Assembly: GCA_034530615.2 (NCBI GenBank)
Contig: JAVRCV020000034.1
Location: 64,001 to 128,000, forward strand
Reading direction: 5' to 3'
Source of the DNA: Aulosira sp. ZfuVER01
Lineage (GTDB): Bacteria > Cyanobacteriota > Cyanobacteriia > Cyanobacteriales > Nostocaceae
DNA length: 64,000 bases
The notes beneath the pieces were generated by a model. It did not search any database, had not been told where the DNA came from, and saw only the letters and a list, made by a program, of their open reading frames with translations. A program made the translations under genes and the position numbers. Positions 1 through 9,419 of this stretch are shown one piece after another; the first letter of the stretch is position 1; each line of letters starts with the position of its first letter.

Positions 1-753
1 TCCCAACTTCAACAATACCCCAGCTAGTAGCACAGAAATTGGCGTAGACGCTTCAACGTGAGCATCTGGCAACCAAGTATGGAAAGGAACCAGAGGAATC
101 TTAATGCCAAAACCAACTAAAATTCCTGCTAGTAACAAAAGTTGCGTTGCTAACGGTAGAGTCTTAGCATTCAAAGTCGCTAGGGCAAAGTTAGGTGCAT
201 CACTTAGCCAAACTAGACCCAGGAAACTTGCTAAAATCAGAATCCCTGAAAGTGCTGTATAAATTAGGAATTTTGTGGCTGCATAACCCCGTTTTTGACC
301 ACCCCAAATTGCAATTAAAAGATATAGGGGTATTAATTCCAACTCGTAAAACAGGAAAAATAGTAGTAAATCCTGAGCCAGAAAAGCTCCAGTTACCCCA
401 GCACTCAACAGCAGTATCAATGAGTAATAAAATCTAGGACGTTGCAGGGATTCATCGCTGCTGTAGATGGCAATGCAGGTCAACAATCCATTCAAAACCA
501 GCAAGGGTAAGGATAAACCATCTACTCCCAAATTATAGTTTAAGCCTAAGGTATCTACCCAAGGTAGGAACTCAGTAAATTGTTGACTGACTTGCCCTGG
601 ATTAAATTGAATTGCTAAAACGACCGACCACGCGAAAGCAATACTAGCAATGACTAAAGCTATCCCACGGGAAAGTTTACCATTCATGCCAGTCGGCCAA
701 AAACCGATCAAAGCAGCACCAAATAATGGCACTATAATCAACGCACTTAGCAT
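1..753 (-). CDS. ndhD4: NDH-1 CO2-uptake subunit NdhD4 (NuoM family), 5' part; runs off the window
   Basis: Manual translation from ATG at 753 gives MLSALIIVPLFGAALIGFWP...; later reads GIKIPLVPFHTWLPDAHVEASTPIS, a NuoM motif. Lies directly downstream of ndhF4. Confidence 0.88.
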   Translation of the reverse strand, partial: MLSALIIVPLFGAALIGFWPTGMNGKLSRGIALVIASIAFAWSVVLAIQFNPGQVSQQFTEFLPWVDTLGLNYNLGVDGLSLPLLVLNGLLTCIAIYSSDESLQRPRFYYSLILLLSAGVTGAFLAQDLLLFFLFYELELIPLYLLIAIWGGQKRGYAATKFLIYTALSGILILASFLGLVWLSDAPNFALATLNAKTLPLATQLLLLAGILVGFGIKIPLVPFHTWLPDAHVEASTPISVLLAGVLLKLG

Positions 754-832
754 ACACAGAACTAGTTAAGGATAGGGTATGAGGCAGACAAGGGGCGTGG
801 GGAATGAAGGGGATGAGGAGGACAAATGACTC

Positions 833-2689
833 CTAAAAAGGCAACTTATCTAATAGTCCTAATGACCAACTAATGAAAAAGCCCAGTACGCTGACAACTG
901 CGAGGATGGTCAACATATAACCTTGGGATTGTCCAGAAATGCTATACTTTAAGCCTTGTCCGCTGAGAATGGCTGCAAACCCAACCAAGTTTACTAGACC
1001 ATCAATCAAATAGCGATCGCTCCACGCAGAAATTTTAGAAAGCAACGCTACTGCACTTACCACGGTCACTTTATAAACTTGGTCGATGTAAAAATCGTAA
1101 CCCAACAAATCCTGCATAAATCTCCATGCTAGGATTCTCGACCTCGACCATGCTTTATGCAGATACATAGTAGAACCTACACCCACACCCATCAAAGTCG
1201 AAGACAGTAATATTGCCACTACATACCAATTAATACTTTCCCAATCAGGTAGTAAGTACCATTGCTGTAGCATCAAGGGTAATAACAGCGTCAGGATGGT
1301 CAAAGTTACCATTGGAAATGCCATTTGCCAACCCACTTCTGGCGCGCGGCGGGTTTTTTGTTGCGGTGTATCCCAAAAGATAAATCTGAACACCCGCGTT
1401 AAGTTTAGGGCTGTCAAACCATTGACGATCACCAATACGCCAATCACCCAAGGGCTAATATTCACAAAGCCGTCAGCCCAAGACAGCATTGCCCAAAAGC
1501 TTCCTAGTGGCAGTAGTGTGATCATTCCCGCAGAACCGACAACAAAGGCAGTGGTAGTAGCTGGCATCCGCGACCATAAACCGCCCATTTCTGTGAGGTT
1601 TTGCGTGTGGGTAGTATGAATTATAGAACCAGAACTCATAAATAATAGTGCTTTGGCGATCGCATGAGTTAACAGCAACATCAAGGCTACACCACCTTGC
1701 TGTAAGCCCATTGCCAAAAATACTAATCCCATGTATGCACTGGTGGAATGAGATAGCGCCCGCTTAATATCAATTTGCGCTAAAGACACTAAAGTTGCAC
1801 CAATTGCTGTCACCGTACCCATGATTACCAAGGCGTTCAATGCCACTGGGGACAGAGCTAACAAAGGTTGCATTTTATATAGTAAATAAGCACCACCAGC
1901 TACCACCAGTGAGTTCCGCAACACTGATGCAGGGTTTGGCCCTTCCATCGCTTCATCCAACCACAAATGCAGCGGAAACTGGGCACATTTACCCGCCGGC
2001 CCAGCAATCAATGCTAATCCTAACAAGGTTGACGTAACTGAATCTAAGTTAGCTGTTTGCGCCCACTCATATAAATCGGAAAAGTTCAGACTACCTGCCA
2101 AGCTAGAAAGCACCACTACACCCATTAGCAGCAACAAGTCTCCTACTCGTTTAGTCCAAAACGCATCCCTTGCTGCTGTCACCACTAAAGGCTGTGCATA
2201 CCAGAATCCGACTAATAAGTAAGTGGAAAGCGTCAGGACTTCTAAAAGGGCATAGCTAAGAAACAAGGAGTCACTGATGGCTAAACCACTCAGTGCAGCT
2301 TCAAAAAATCCCATCAGCGCAAAAAAACGTGCCAACGCCCAGTCCTTTTCCATATAGCCTAGGGCGTAAATTTGTGCTAAGACGCTTAATCCAGTAATTA
2401 AAACCGTAGCCCCAATACTTACAGGGGAAATTTCTAACCCAAATGACAAATCTAAATCTGCTACTTTGAACCAGTGAATCAACAAATTTTCTGGTTCTCG
2501 ATCCCAGATATGTTGAAATATAAATAGGCTATGAACAAAAGCCGCAATGGTTGTTAACAAGTTGAAATATGCCGCAGGTCTTGGCCCGGTTCTCCGAATA
2601 ATTCCCATTGCCCACGGCAAGGTTAAAATAGCACCTATCAAACCATAAATAGGCACAAACCAACTTGTAAGGTAGAAAAATTGATTCAT
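833..2689 (-). CDS. ndhF4: NDH-1 CO2-uptake subunit NdhF4 (NuoL family)
   Basis: 618 aa membrane protein with KCAQFPLHLWLDEAMEGPNP motif. F4 rather than F3 is inferred from its position divergent to the ccm operon. Confidence 0.88.
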   Translation of the reverse strand: MNQFFYLTSWFVPIYGLIGAILTLPWAMGIIRRTGPRPAAYFNLLTTIAAFVHSLFIFQHIWDREPENLLIHWFKVADLDLSFGLEISPVSIGATVLITGLSVLAQIYALGYMEKDWALARFFALMGFFEAALSGLAISDSLFLSYALLEVLTLSTYLLVGFWYAQPLVVTAARDAFWTKRVGDLLLLMGVVVLSSLAGSLNFSDLYEWAQTANLDSVTSTLLGLALIAGPAGKCAQFPLHLWLDEAMEGPNPASVLRNSLVVAGGAYLLYKMQPLLALSPVALNALVIMGTVTAIGATLVSLAQIDIKRALSHSTSAYMGLVFLAMGLQQGGVALMLLLTHAIAKALLFMSSGSIIHTTHTQNLTEMGGLWSRMPATTTAFVVGSAGMITLLPLGSFWAMLSWADGFVNISPWVIGVLVIVNGLTALNLTRVFRFIFWDTPQQKTRRAPEVGWQMAFPMVTLTILTLLLPLMLQQWYLLPDWESINWYVVAILLSSTLMGVGVGSTMYLHKAWSRSRILAWRFMQDLLGYDFYIDQVYKVTVVSAVALLSKISAWSDRYLIDGLVNLVGFAAILSGQGLKYSISGQSQGYMLTILAVVSVLGFFISWSLGLLDKLPF

Positions 2690-3279
2690 TTAAATTTCCT
2701 TGGACTACTCAGGATGGAATGCCTTGTTTAAAATTAGCTTTTCTAAAAAAATATTTTCTATAATTAGCTTGACATTGCACAGTGATAAAAACTGTAATAG
2801 CAGAATAAAAATATTTAATTCTTCCTCTATACTCTACTTATAGCATTGGAATTCCTACTTCTACATTGCCAATTTATATCGCCTATTATAAAAACTTATA
2901 TATTTTTTAGACTGTACTTGTATAAACAAAACAATTTCAGGAAAAGCAGTTCAGATAAAGTATCTAGGCTTCTGTTTTTCCGCTGGAGATGAAATTACAG
3001 AGGTTATTAATCTGGGTTTGACAAATGTAATTAAAAAATTATAAAGCGTAGTTGGACGCTCTAGCAATCCGTGAAATTTCATTAACCAAATGACAGCATT
3101 AAATTATGTTAAGTTTTCTTAAACGTTTTTATCATAAACTATTATAGTGATTTATATTGCCAGGAACGCCAAGCTTTCCTATGCTTAATTTGGAAGTGTT
3201 TTCTTAGCTCAAGATGAGCTTCCCCGTCAAAAATTTCAAATTTCAGTACTGATTGCATTAATTTTGTAGGAGTTCTGCG

Positions 3280-3588
3280 ATGCCAATTGCAGTTGGAATG
3301 ATTGAGACTAAAGGCTTTCCAGCAGTAGTAGAAGCTGCTGATGCGATGGTGAAAGCCGCTCGTGTAACATTGGTTGGATATGAAAAAATCGGTAGTGCGC
3401 GAGTTACCGTAATTGTGCGGGGAGATGTATCGGAAGTGCAAGCCTCAGTTGCCGCTGGGGTAGAAGCAGCCAGAAGAGTAAATGGTGGGGAAGTGGTATC
3501 CACCCACATCATTGCTCGTCCTCACGAAAATCTAGAGTACGTCTTGCCGATTCGTTATACCGAAGCCGTAGAACAGTTCCGCACTTAA
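3280..3588 (+). CDS. ccmK2: Carboxysome shell hexamer CcmK (short form)
   Basis: BMC domain [29 protein letters not shown], 102 aa; RBS AGGAG upstream. Confidence 0.93.
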   Translation: MPIAVGMIETKGFPAVVEAADAMVKAARVTLVGYEKIGSARVTVIVRGDVSEVQASVAAGVEAARRVNGGEVVSTHIIARPHENLEYVLPIRYTEAVEQFRT

Positions 3589-3676
3589 AAACCGGTTAAA
3601 CAAAATCATTAACGGGGTTGCCTTCTTGAGTGCTGTTGTTTCCAAATTTCAAAACTTTAAATAAGGGTTAGAACTA

Positions 3677-4021
3677 ATGTCGATCGCAGTAGGAATGGTA
3701 GAAACGCTAGGCTTTCCAGCAGTAGTAGAAGCCGCAGACGCAATGGTGAAAGCTGCTCGTGTTACCTTGGTAGGCTACGAAAAAATAGGGAGTGGTCGGG
3801 TTACAGTCATTGTGAGGGGAGATGTCTCGGAAGTACAAGCTTCCGTAGCAGCGGGCGTAGAATCGGTGAAGCGAGTTAACGGCGGACAAGTGCTGTCTAC
3901 CCACATCATTGCTCGTCCTCACGAAAACTTGGAATACGTCCTGCCAATTCGTTATACAGAAGATGTAGAACAGTTCCGGGAAAATGTCAACGCCATTCGT
4001 CCTTTCGGCAGAAGACCATAA
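3677..4021 (+). CDS. ccmK1: Carboxysome shell hexamer CcmK with C-terminal extension
   Basis: Near-identical BMC paralog with extra tail [13 protein letters not shown]. Confidence 0.92.
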   Translation: MSIAVGMVETLGFPAVVEAADAMVKAARVTLVGYEKIGSGRVTVIVRGDVSEVQASVAAGVESVKRVNGGQVLSTHIIARPHENLEYVLPIRYTEDVEQFRENVNAIRPFGRRP

Positions 4022-4027
4022 TTTGTA

Positions 4028-4330
4028 ATGCAAATTGCCAAAGTTCGTGGCACAGTAGTTAGCACGCAAAAAGATCCAAGTCTTAGAGGTGTGAAACTAC
4101 TGTTGTTGCAATTAGTAGATGAAGAAGGAAACCTCCTGCAAAAATACGAAGTAGCTGCGGATATTGTCGGTGCTGGATTCGATGAGTGGGTACTTTTCAG
4201 TCGTGGTAGTGCCGCACGTCAAGTTCCTGGCAACGAAAATCGTCCGTTAGATGCAGCGGTGGTGGCGATAATTGATACTATTCATGTCGAAGATCGTCTC
4301 ATTTACAGCAAAAAAGACCAATATAGATAG
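4028..4330 (+). CDS. ccmL: Carboxysome vertex pentamer CcmL
   Basis: EutN/CcmL motifs MQIAKVRGTVVSTQK and RGSAAR. Confidence 0.96.
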   Translation: MQIAKVRGTVVSTQKDPSLRGVKLLLLQLVDEEGNLLQKYEVAADIVGAGFDEWVLFSRGSAARQVPGNENRPLDAAVVAIIDTIHVEDRLIYSKKDQYR

Positions 4331-4432
4331 TCAAGGGTCAAGAGGAGCCACTGCGGTCTTGGGGTTTCCCCGAGTCGAGCAAGTGGCATTCAAAGGTCAA
4401 GGGTTTTGACTATGGACTATTGACCATTGACA
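4330..4432. repeat. Intergenic STRR-like heptamers (GGTCAAG / TTGACTA type, inverted) enclosing a ~45-nt GC-rich dispersed repeat
   Basis: gtcaagggtcaag-aggagccactgcggtcttggggtttccccgagtcgagcaagtggc-attcaaaggtcaaggg...ttgactatggactattgaccattgac. Confidence 0.6.
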
Positions 4433-4459
4433 AAAGCTTAATTTAGGAGGAATCTCGCA

Positions 4460-6103
4460 ATGGCAGTCAGCAGCACGGTGGCTCCCCCAACCCCGTGGTC
4501 TAGAACCTTAGCTGAGCCAACAATCCATGAAACCACATTTGTACATCCGTTTTCCAAGGTGATTGGAGACGTGCGCATAGGTGCAAATGTCATCGTTGCT
4601 CCGGGAACTTCGATTAGAGCAGATGAAGGTACACCTTTTTTTATTGGTGAAAACACTAATATTCAAGATGGTGTAGTGATTCATGGGTTGGAGCAAGGTC
4701 GAGTAATTGGTGACGACCAAGACCAATACTCGGTATGGATTGGTAAAAATGCTTCCATTACCCACATGGCCTTAATTCACGGGCCGGCTTATGTTGGGGA
4801 TAATTCGTTCATTGGCTTTCGCTCTACGGTATTTAATGCCAGGGTGGGTGCAGGCTGTATTGTGATGATGCACGCTTTGATTCAAGATGTAGAAATTCCC
4901 CCTGGTAAATATGTACCTTCGGGAGCGATCATTACTAATCAACAGCAAGCCGACCGCCTACCAGATGTACAAGCGCAGGATCAAGAATTTACCCATCATG
5001 TAGTGGGAATTAATCAGGCACTGCGAGCAGGTTATCTCTGTGTTGCTGATAGTAAATGTATTACACCCATCCGGGATGAATTAAAAAAATCTTCTACAAG
5101 TAATGGCATTACTGTTTTAGAGCTAGAAAGGAGTAGTGAAGTGGCGAGTAAGAGCTTGGGTGCGGAAACAATAGAGCAGGTGCGCTATTTGTTAGAGCAG
5201 GGATATAAAATTGGTACGGAACACGTAGACGAGCGACGTTTCCGCACCGGTTCTTGGACTAGTTGCAAACCATTAGATGCCAGATCTATTGGGGAAGCGA
5301 TCGCAGCTTTAGAAAGTTGTGTAAGAGACCACAGCGGCGAGTATGTGCGGCTGTTTGGCATCGACAAAAATAGACGGCGGGTGTTGGAAACCATCATCCA
5401 ACGTCCTGATGGTACAGTGGGCGCACCTAGCAACTTTAGAGCGCCTGCTGCTCAATCTAATGGCAGCTACAAAGCTAATACTAACGGTAACGGCTCTGGT
5501 AGTGGGCAACTCAGTGCTGACACTGTAGACCAAATCCGCCAGCTATTGGCAGGTGGTTACAAAATCGGTACAGAACACGTAGACGAGCGCCGCTTCCGCA
5601 CGGGTTCTTGGCAAAGTTGTGAGCCAATTAACTCTACTTCTACCAATGACGTAATTGCCGCTTTGGAAGATTGTATCAACAATCATCAAGGCGAATACGT
5701 GCGCTTGATTGGGATTGATACCAAAGCCAAACGTCGGGTATTGGAAAGCATTATTCAACGTCCTAATGGCCAAGTTAGTTCATCTGGTAGCCAGAAGTCA
5801 TTTACTAGTGCTTCAACAGCCACAGCAACCGCAACTAACACCCGCTTGAGTGGCGAAGTCGTAGAACAGTTACGGCAATTACTCGGTGGTGGGTATAAGA
5901 TTAGCGTTGAACACGTAGACCAAAGAAGATTCCGTACAGGTTCCTGGACAAGTAGCGGCCCCATTCAAGCCAATTCAGAAAGAGAAGCGATCGCAGCCTT
6001 AGAAGCACATCTTGCTGAATATCAAGGCGAATATGTGCGCTTAATCGGGATTGACCCCAAAGCCAAGCGTCGGGTATTGGAAACCATTATTCAACGCCCA
6101 TAG
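4460..6103 (+). CDS. ccmM: Carboxysome protein CcmM (gamma-CA domain + 3 RbcS-like repeats)
   Basis: Hexapeptide gamma-CA N-terminus; three repeats of [12 protein letters not shown]...EYVRL.GID...RRVLE.IIQRP. Confidence 0.97.
   Translation: MAVSSTVAPPTPWSRTLAEPTIHETTFVHPFSKVIGDVRIGANVIVAPGTSIRADEGTPFFIGENTNIQDGVVIHGLEQGRVIGDDQDQYSVWIGKNASITHMALIHGPAYVGDNSFIGFRSTVFNARVGAGCIVMMHALIQDVEIPPGKYVPSGAIITNQQQADRLPDVQAQDQEFTHHVVGINQALRAGYLCVADSKCITPIRDELKKSSTSNGITVLELERSSEVASKSLGAETIEQVRYLLEQGYKIGTEHVDERRFRTGSWTSCKPLDARSIGEAIAALESCVRDHSGEYVRLFGIDKNRRRVLETIIQRPDGTVGAPSNFRAPAAQSNGSYKANTNGNGSGSGQLSADTVDQIRQLLAGGYKIGTEHVDERRFRTGSWQSCEPINSTSTNDVIAALEDCINNHQGEYVRLIGIDTKAKRRVLESIIQRPNGQVSSSGSQKSFTSASTATATATNTRLSGEVVEQLRQLLGGGYKISVEHVDQRRFRTGSWTSSGPIQANSEREAIAALEAHLAEYQGEYVRLIGIDPKAKRRVLETIIQRP
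5128..5143 (+). promoter_or_regulatory. Internal RBS + GTG start for the short CcmM isoform
   Basis: AAGGAG at 5128-5133 and an in-frame GTG at 5141, just before the first RbcS-like repeat. Confidence 0.75.
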
Positions 6104-6114
6104 CAGTACGAGTG

Positions 6115-6253
6115 ACAAGTGCTGAGGAGCCAGTGCTGTTGGATTGGTAAAATAATTTTCCGAATTGAATCAACTAGCTTTGCTGAGTTGAGTAGGTTGT
6201 GGATACCAGCCAGACTATAACTACGACTCAGCACTAACAACTCAGCACTCAGA
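6115..6253. repeat. STRR-like heptamers (GCTGAGT / ACTCAGC) with an embedded degenerate dispersed repeat
   Basis: gtgctgaggagccagtgc...tgctgagttgagt...actcagcactaacaactcagcactcag. Confidence 0.55.
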
Positions 6254-6290
6254 ACTTTCTAATTTTCTGGCTTCCGAGGTGACAATTTCC

Positions 6291-7070
6291 ATGTCTGTGC
6301 CGCCACTGCGCCTCAGCAATAATTTTGATTCTTATATTAGTGGCGAGGTGACTATTCATCCGAGTGCGGTACTAGCGCCAGGAGTGATACTCCAAGCGGC
6401 TGTAAAGGGCAAGATCGTTATCGGTCCGGGGGTTTGTATTGGTATGGGGTCGATTCTCCAAGTCCATGAAGGAACTCTAGAAGTAGAAGCAGGGGCAAAC
6501 TTGGGAGCCGGTTTTCTCATGGTTGGTCAAGGTAAAATCGGAACAAATGCTTGTATTGGTTCAGCAACAACAGTATTTAACTGTTCGGTTGCAGCGGGAC
6601 AAGTAGTTCCACCTGGTTCAATTTTGGGAGACACCAGTCGCCGTATTGGTACTACAGAACCGGAACCATCAACAATTAATGCTTCTACAGCAACGCAGGC
6701 GGCGAAGGCAGGAAAAAATTTGATCGGCAGAAAAAGAGACAATGGGGTAAATAGAGATCGGGACACAACTATTTCCTCAACTAACTTATCTGCTGGAGTT
6801 TTTGTAGAATTACAGCACACATCTATTTCCCAACCTCAGCCTGCTACTAATCCGGTAGATGAATCTCTTCCCATTGCAGAAAACCCTACTGTGCCCGCAG
6901 AAGCCGCACCAGAACTTAGCCAAGACTCAGAATCTAGTCAAAATCCCACCGAATCACCTAGTATTGGGACTCACATTTATGGTACAGGGAGCATCCAAAG
7001 GCTGTTAGTCACATTGTTCCCCCATCGGCAATCCTTAAATGAACCAATCTCTGACGATCAGTCTGAATAA
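6291..7070 (+). CDS. ccmN: Carboxysome protein CcmN
   Basis: Hexapeptide-repeat N-terminus, low-complexity linker, C-terminal encapsulation peptide (IYGTGSIQRLLVTLFPHRQ). ATG 6291 preferred over GTG 6279. Confidence 0.93.
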   Translation: MSVPPLRLSNNFDSYISGEVTIHPSAVLAPGVILQAAVKGKIVIGPGVCIGMGSILQVHEGTLEVEAGANLGAGFLMVGQGKIGTNACIGSATTVFNCSVAAGQVVPPGSILGDTSRRIGTTEPEPSTINASTATQAAKAGKNLIGRKRDNGVNRDRDTTISSTNLSAGVFVELQHTSISQPQPATNPVDESLPIAENPTVPAEAAPELSQDSESSQNPTESPSIGTHIYGTGSIQRLLVTLFPHRQSLNEPISDDQSE

Positions 7071-7117
7071 GTGTTAATTGTAAGTTGTTAGTTTCGTGAG
7101 TATCTTGGAGACTCTAC

Positions 7118-7900
7118 ATGGAAACATCAAATCAACGGGCTATTAGCACTGTTCAGTCCTCCCGACGTCGAGATAGCCTTAAGGACACTGCTTTAGGTTT
7201 AGTATCTACTCTGAGCTTCCCGGCGATCGTGGGGACGGCTGATATGATGCTGAAATCGGCAGGAGTTCATTTAGTTGGCTATGAAAAAATAGGTGGTGGT
7301 CATTGTACAGCAATTGTGCGGGGTGGGATCGCGGATGTGCGTCTAGCTGTAGAAGCTGGCGTGCAAACGGCTGAACAGTTTGGTCAATTGGTTTCTAGCT
7401 TGGTAATTCCCCGTCCTTATCCCAATTTAGAGGTAGTTCTACCTATCACTAATCGCCTGAGCAAAATCATGGAAGAGGGAAATTACAGCCGTTTGAGCAA
7501 TCAAGCAGTTGGTTTGGTGGAAACGCGGGGATTTCCAGCGATGGTAGGAGCCTGTGATGCCATGCTCAAATCAGCTGATGTGCATTTGGCAGCCTATGAA
7601 AAAATTGGTGCGGGTTTGTGTACAGCGATTATTCGCGGCTCGGTGGCTAATGTTGCCGTAGCAGTAGAAGCGGGGATGTATGAGGCAGAACGCATTGGAG
7701 AGTTGAACGCAGTAATGGTGATTCCTCGACCGTTGGATGAATTAGAGCAGACTTTGCCATTAGCTAGTTGTTGGATAGAACAACGTCAACCATTGAATTT
7801 GCCAGTAAATATTAAGGAGCAAGTTGCCGAAATCGAGATGCTTCAGTTACCTGATTTAACTCAGTTACCCGTCAAAATTTTAGAAGAATTAGAAGAATGA
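7118..7900 (+). CDS. ccmO: Tandem-BMC shell protein CcmO
   Basis: Two BMC domains; position after ccmN. Confidence 0.94.
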   Translation: METSNQRAISTVQSSRRRDSLKDTALGLVSTLSFPAIVGTADMMLKSAGVHLVGYEKIGGGHCTAIVRGGIADVRLAVEAGVQTAEQFGQLVSSLVIPRPYPNLEVVLPITNRLSKIMEEGNYSRLSNQAVGLVETRGFPAMVGACDAMLKSADVHLAAYEKIGAGLCTAIIRGSVANVAVAVEAGMYEAERIGELNAVMVIPRPLDELEQTLPLASCWIEQRQPLNLPVNIKEQVAEIEMLQLPDLTQLPVKILEELEE

Positions 7901-8066
7901 TGAATGGTGAATGACGAATTAGGAATGATGGATTGTAGGCGATCCGCATTCAGGATTCAGTATTCAGCATTCATCTAGAGCTGGAAGGCATCTTACGCTG
8001 TGCTTTGTTGTTTTGATAATAACTGTTCAAGTCTATAAGTAAAAGACCTTTTTTGTAATAGGGTTA

Positions 8067-8107
8067 ATAGATTTTTATCTATACATATTAATCATAACTT
8101 TTGTATG
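8067..8107. promoter_or_regulatory. Putative LysR (CbbR-type) autoregulatory boxes
   Basis: ATAG-N8-CTAT at 8067-8082 and CATA-N7-TATG at 8093-8107, upstream of the LysR gene. Confidence 0.5.
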
Positions 8108-8183
8108 AGCAGTGCTATCTCTAATGCAAGTGTTCAGTGATACTAGATTTATAGCTATGAATCACTACTAGAGGAGAATCACC

Positions 8184-9125
8184 TTGAACCAAGCGACGCT
8201 ACACCAGTTGAAGGTGTTCGAGGCGGCAGCAAGGCATGGGAGCTTTACTCGTGCAGCTGAGGAATTGTTTCTCACCCAACCTACCGTTTCCATGCAGATT
8301 AAGCAATTAACAAAATCGGTCGGGTTGCCTTTATTTGAGCAGGTGGGTAAGCGCTTATATTTGACGGAGGCGGGACGCGAACTATTTGCTACTTGTCGCC
8401 AAATTTTTGACACAATAGCCCAATTTGAAATGAAAGTAGCAGATTTAAAAGGGCTAAAACAAGGTCAATTAAAATTGGCAGTAATTACAACAGCAAAATA
8501 TTTTGTACCGCGCTTTTTGGGTGCATTTTGCCAGCTTTATCCCGGAATAGATATATCGCTGCAAGTCACAAACCACGAACGAATTTTAGAGAGAATGGTG
8601 AATAATCTGGACGACTTGTATATTATGAGCCAAGTTCCAGAAAATCTTGATGTGACTTGTCAGCCATTTTTAGATAACCCTTTGGTTGTCTTTGCTCCTT
8701 ATAATCATCCACTAGCGAAGGAGAAAAATATCCCTCTCCCACGCCTTGCTCAAGAACCTTTTATCATGCGAGAACCAGGTTCAGGAACACGCCGTGCTGT
8801 CCAAAGTCTGTTCGATGAACATGAAATGAAAGTGAACGTAAAGCTGGAATTGGGAAGTAATGAGGCAATTAAACAAGCGATCGCCGGGGGTTTAGGAATT
8901 TCGATTTTATCTCGTCATACCTTAATGCCAGAATCGTCTGAGTTAACTATTTTGGATGTACAGCACTTTCCGATTCAGCGCACTTGGTACATGGTTTATC
9001 CTTCTGGTAAACAGCTATCAATTGTTGCGCGTACTTATCATGATTACCTCTTAAATACGGCAAAGAGTTTCATTGAGCAAAATACTTCTTTTGCCTGGGG
9101 TACATTTGAGCAAAGTCAAACATGA
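8184..9125 (+). CDS. cmpR: CbbR-type LysR transcriptional regulator (CmpR-like)
   Basis: HTH TLHQLKVFEAAARHGSFTRAAEELFLTQPTVS and REPGSGTR motif; follows ccmO; TTG start with GAGGAG RBS. The specific paralog name is inferred from synteny. Confidence 0.75.
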   Translation: MNQATLHQLKVFEAAARHGSFTRAAEELFLTQPTVSMQIKQLTKSVGLPLFEQVGKRLYLTEAGRELFATCRQIFDTIAQFEMKVADLKGLKQGQLKLAVITTAKYFVPRFLGAFCQLYPGIDISLQVTNHERILERMVNNLDDLYIMSQVPENLDVTCQPFLDNPLVVFAPYNHPLAKEKNIPLPRLAQEPFIMREPGSGTRRAVQSLFDEHEMKVNVKLELGSNEAIKQAIAGGLGISILSRHTLMPESSELTILDVQHFPIQRTWYMVYPSGKQLSIVARTYHDYLLNTAKSFIEQNTSFAWGTFEQSQT

Positions 9126-9419
9126 AGAATAGGCTAGTACAAGAAGGCAAAGCTAAAAGAAATGCCACTTGTGCAGCCAGCTTTTAACCTATGTTAGGGA
9201 CTAGAGAAAAACAGATTTTTAGCAGCTTTTATTGACGTACTCTACTTTACTTTTTTCTTCTCCTGTCCAAGAGGCTGCAAGGTAAGCTGCCTTCCAAGTA
9301 TTAATATTGGCAATTAATGATTGATTTCTTTTCAATTCATAATTCTCAATGGCTTGACGGATAGAGTTACAAGCATTAACAATTAACCAGCATAAGCATC
9401 AAAATGGGGGAAACTGGCA

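Noticed and set aside
195..437. Plus-strand 80-aa ORF and the many other short antisense/overlapping ORFs in the track
   Set aside because: They lie opposite or within well-supported genes (here ndhD4) and have no recognisable motifs.
3280..4021. ccmK near-identical DNA segments as a DGR template/variable repeat pair
   Set aside because: Ordinary paralogues; differences are not adenine-specific and there is no reverse transcriptase.
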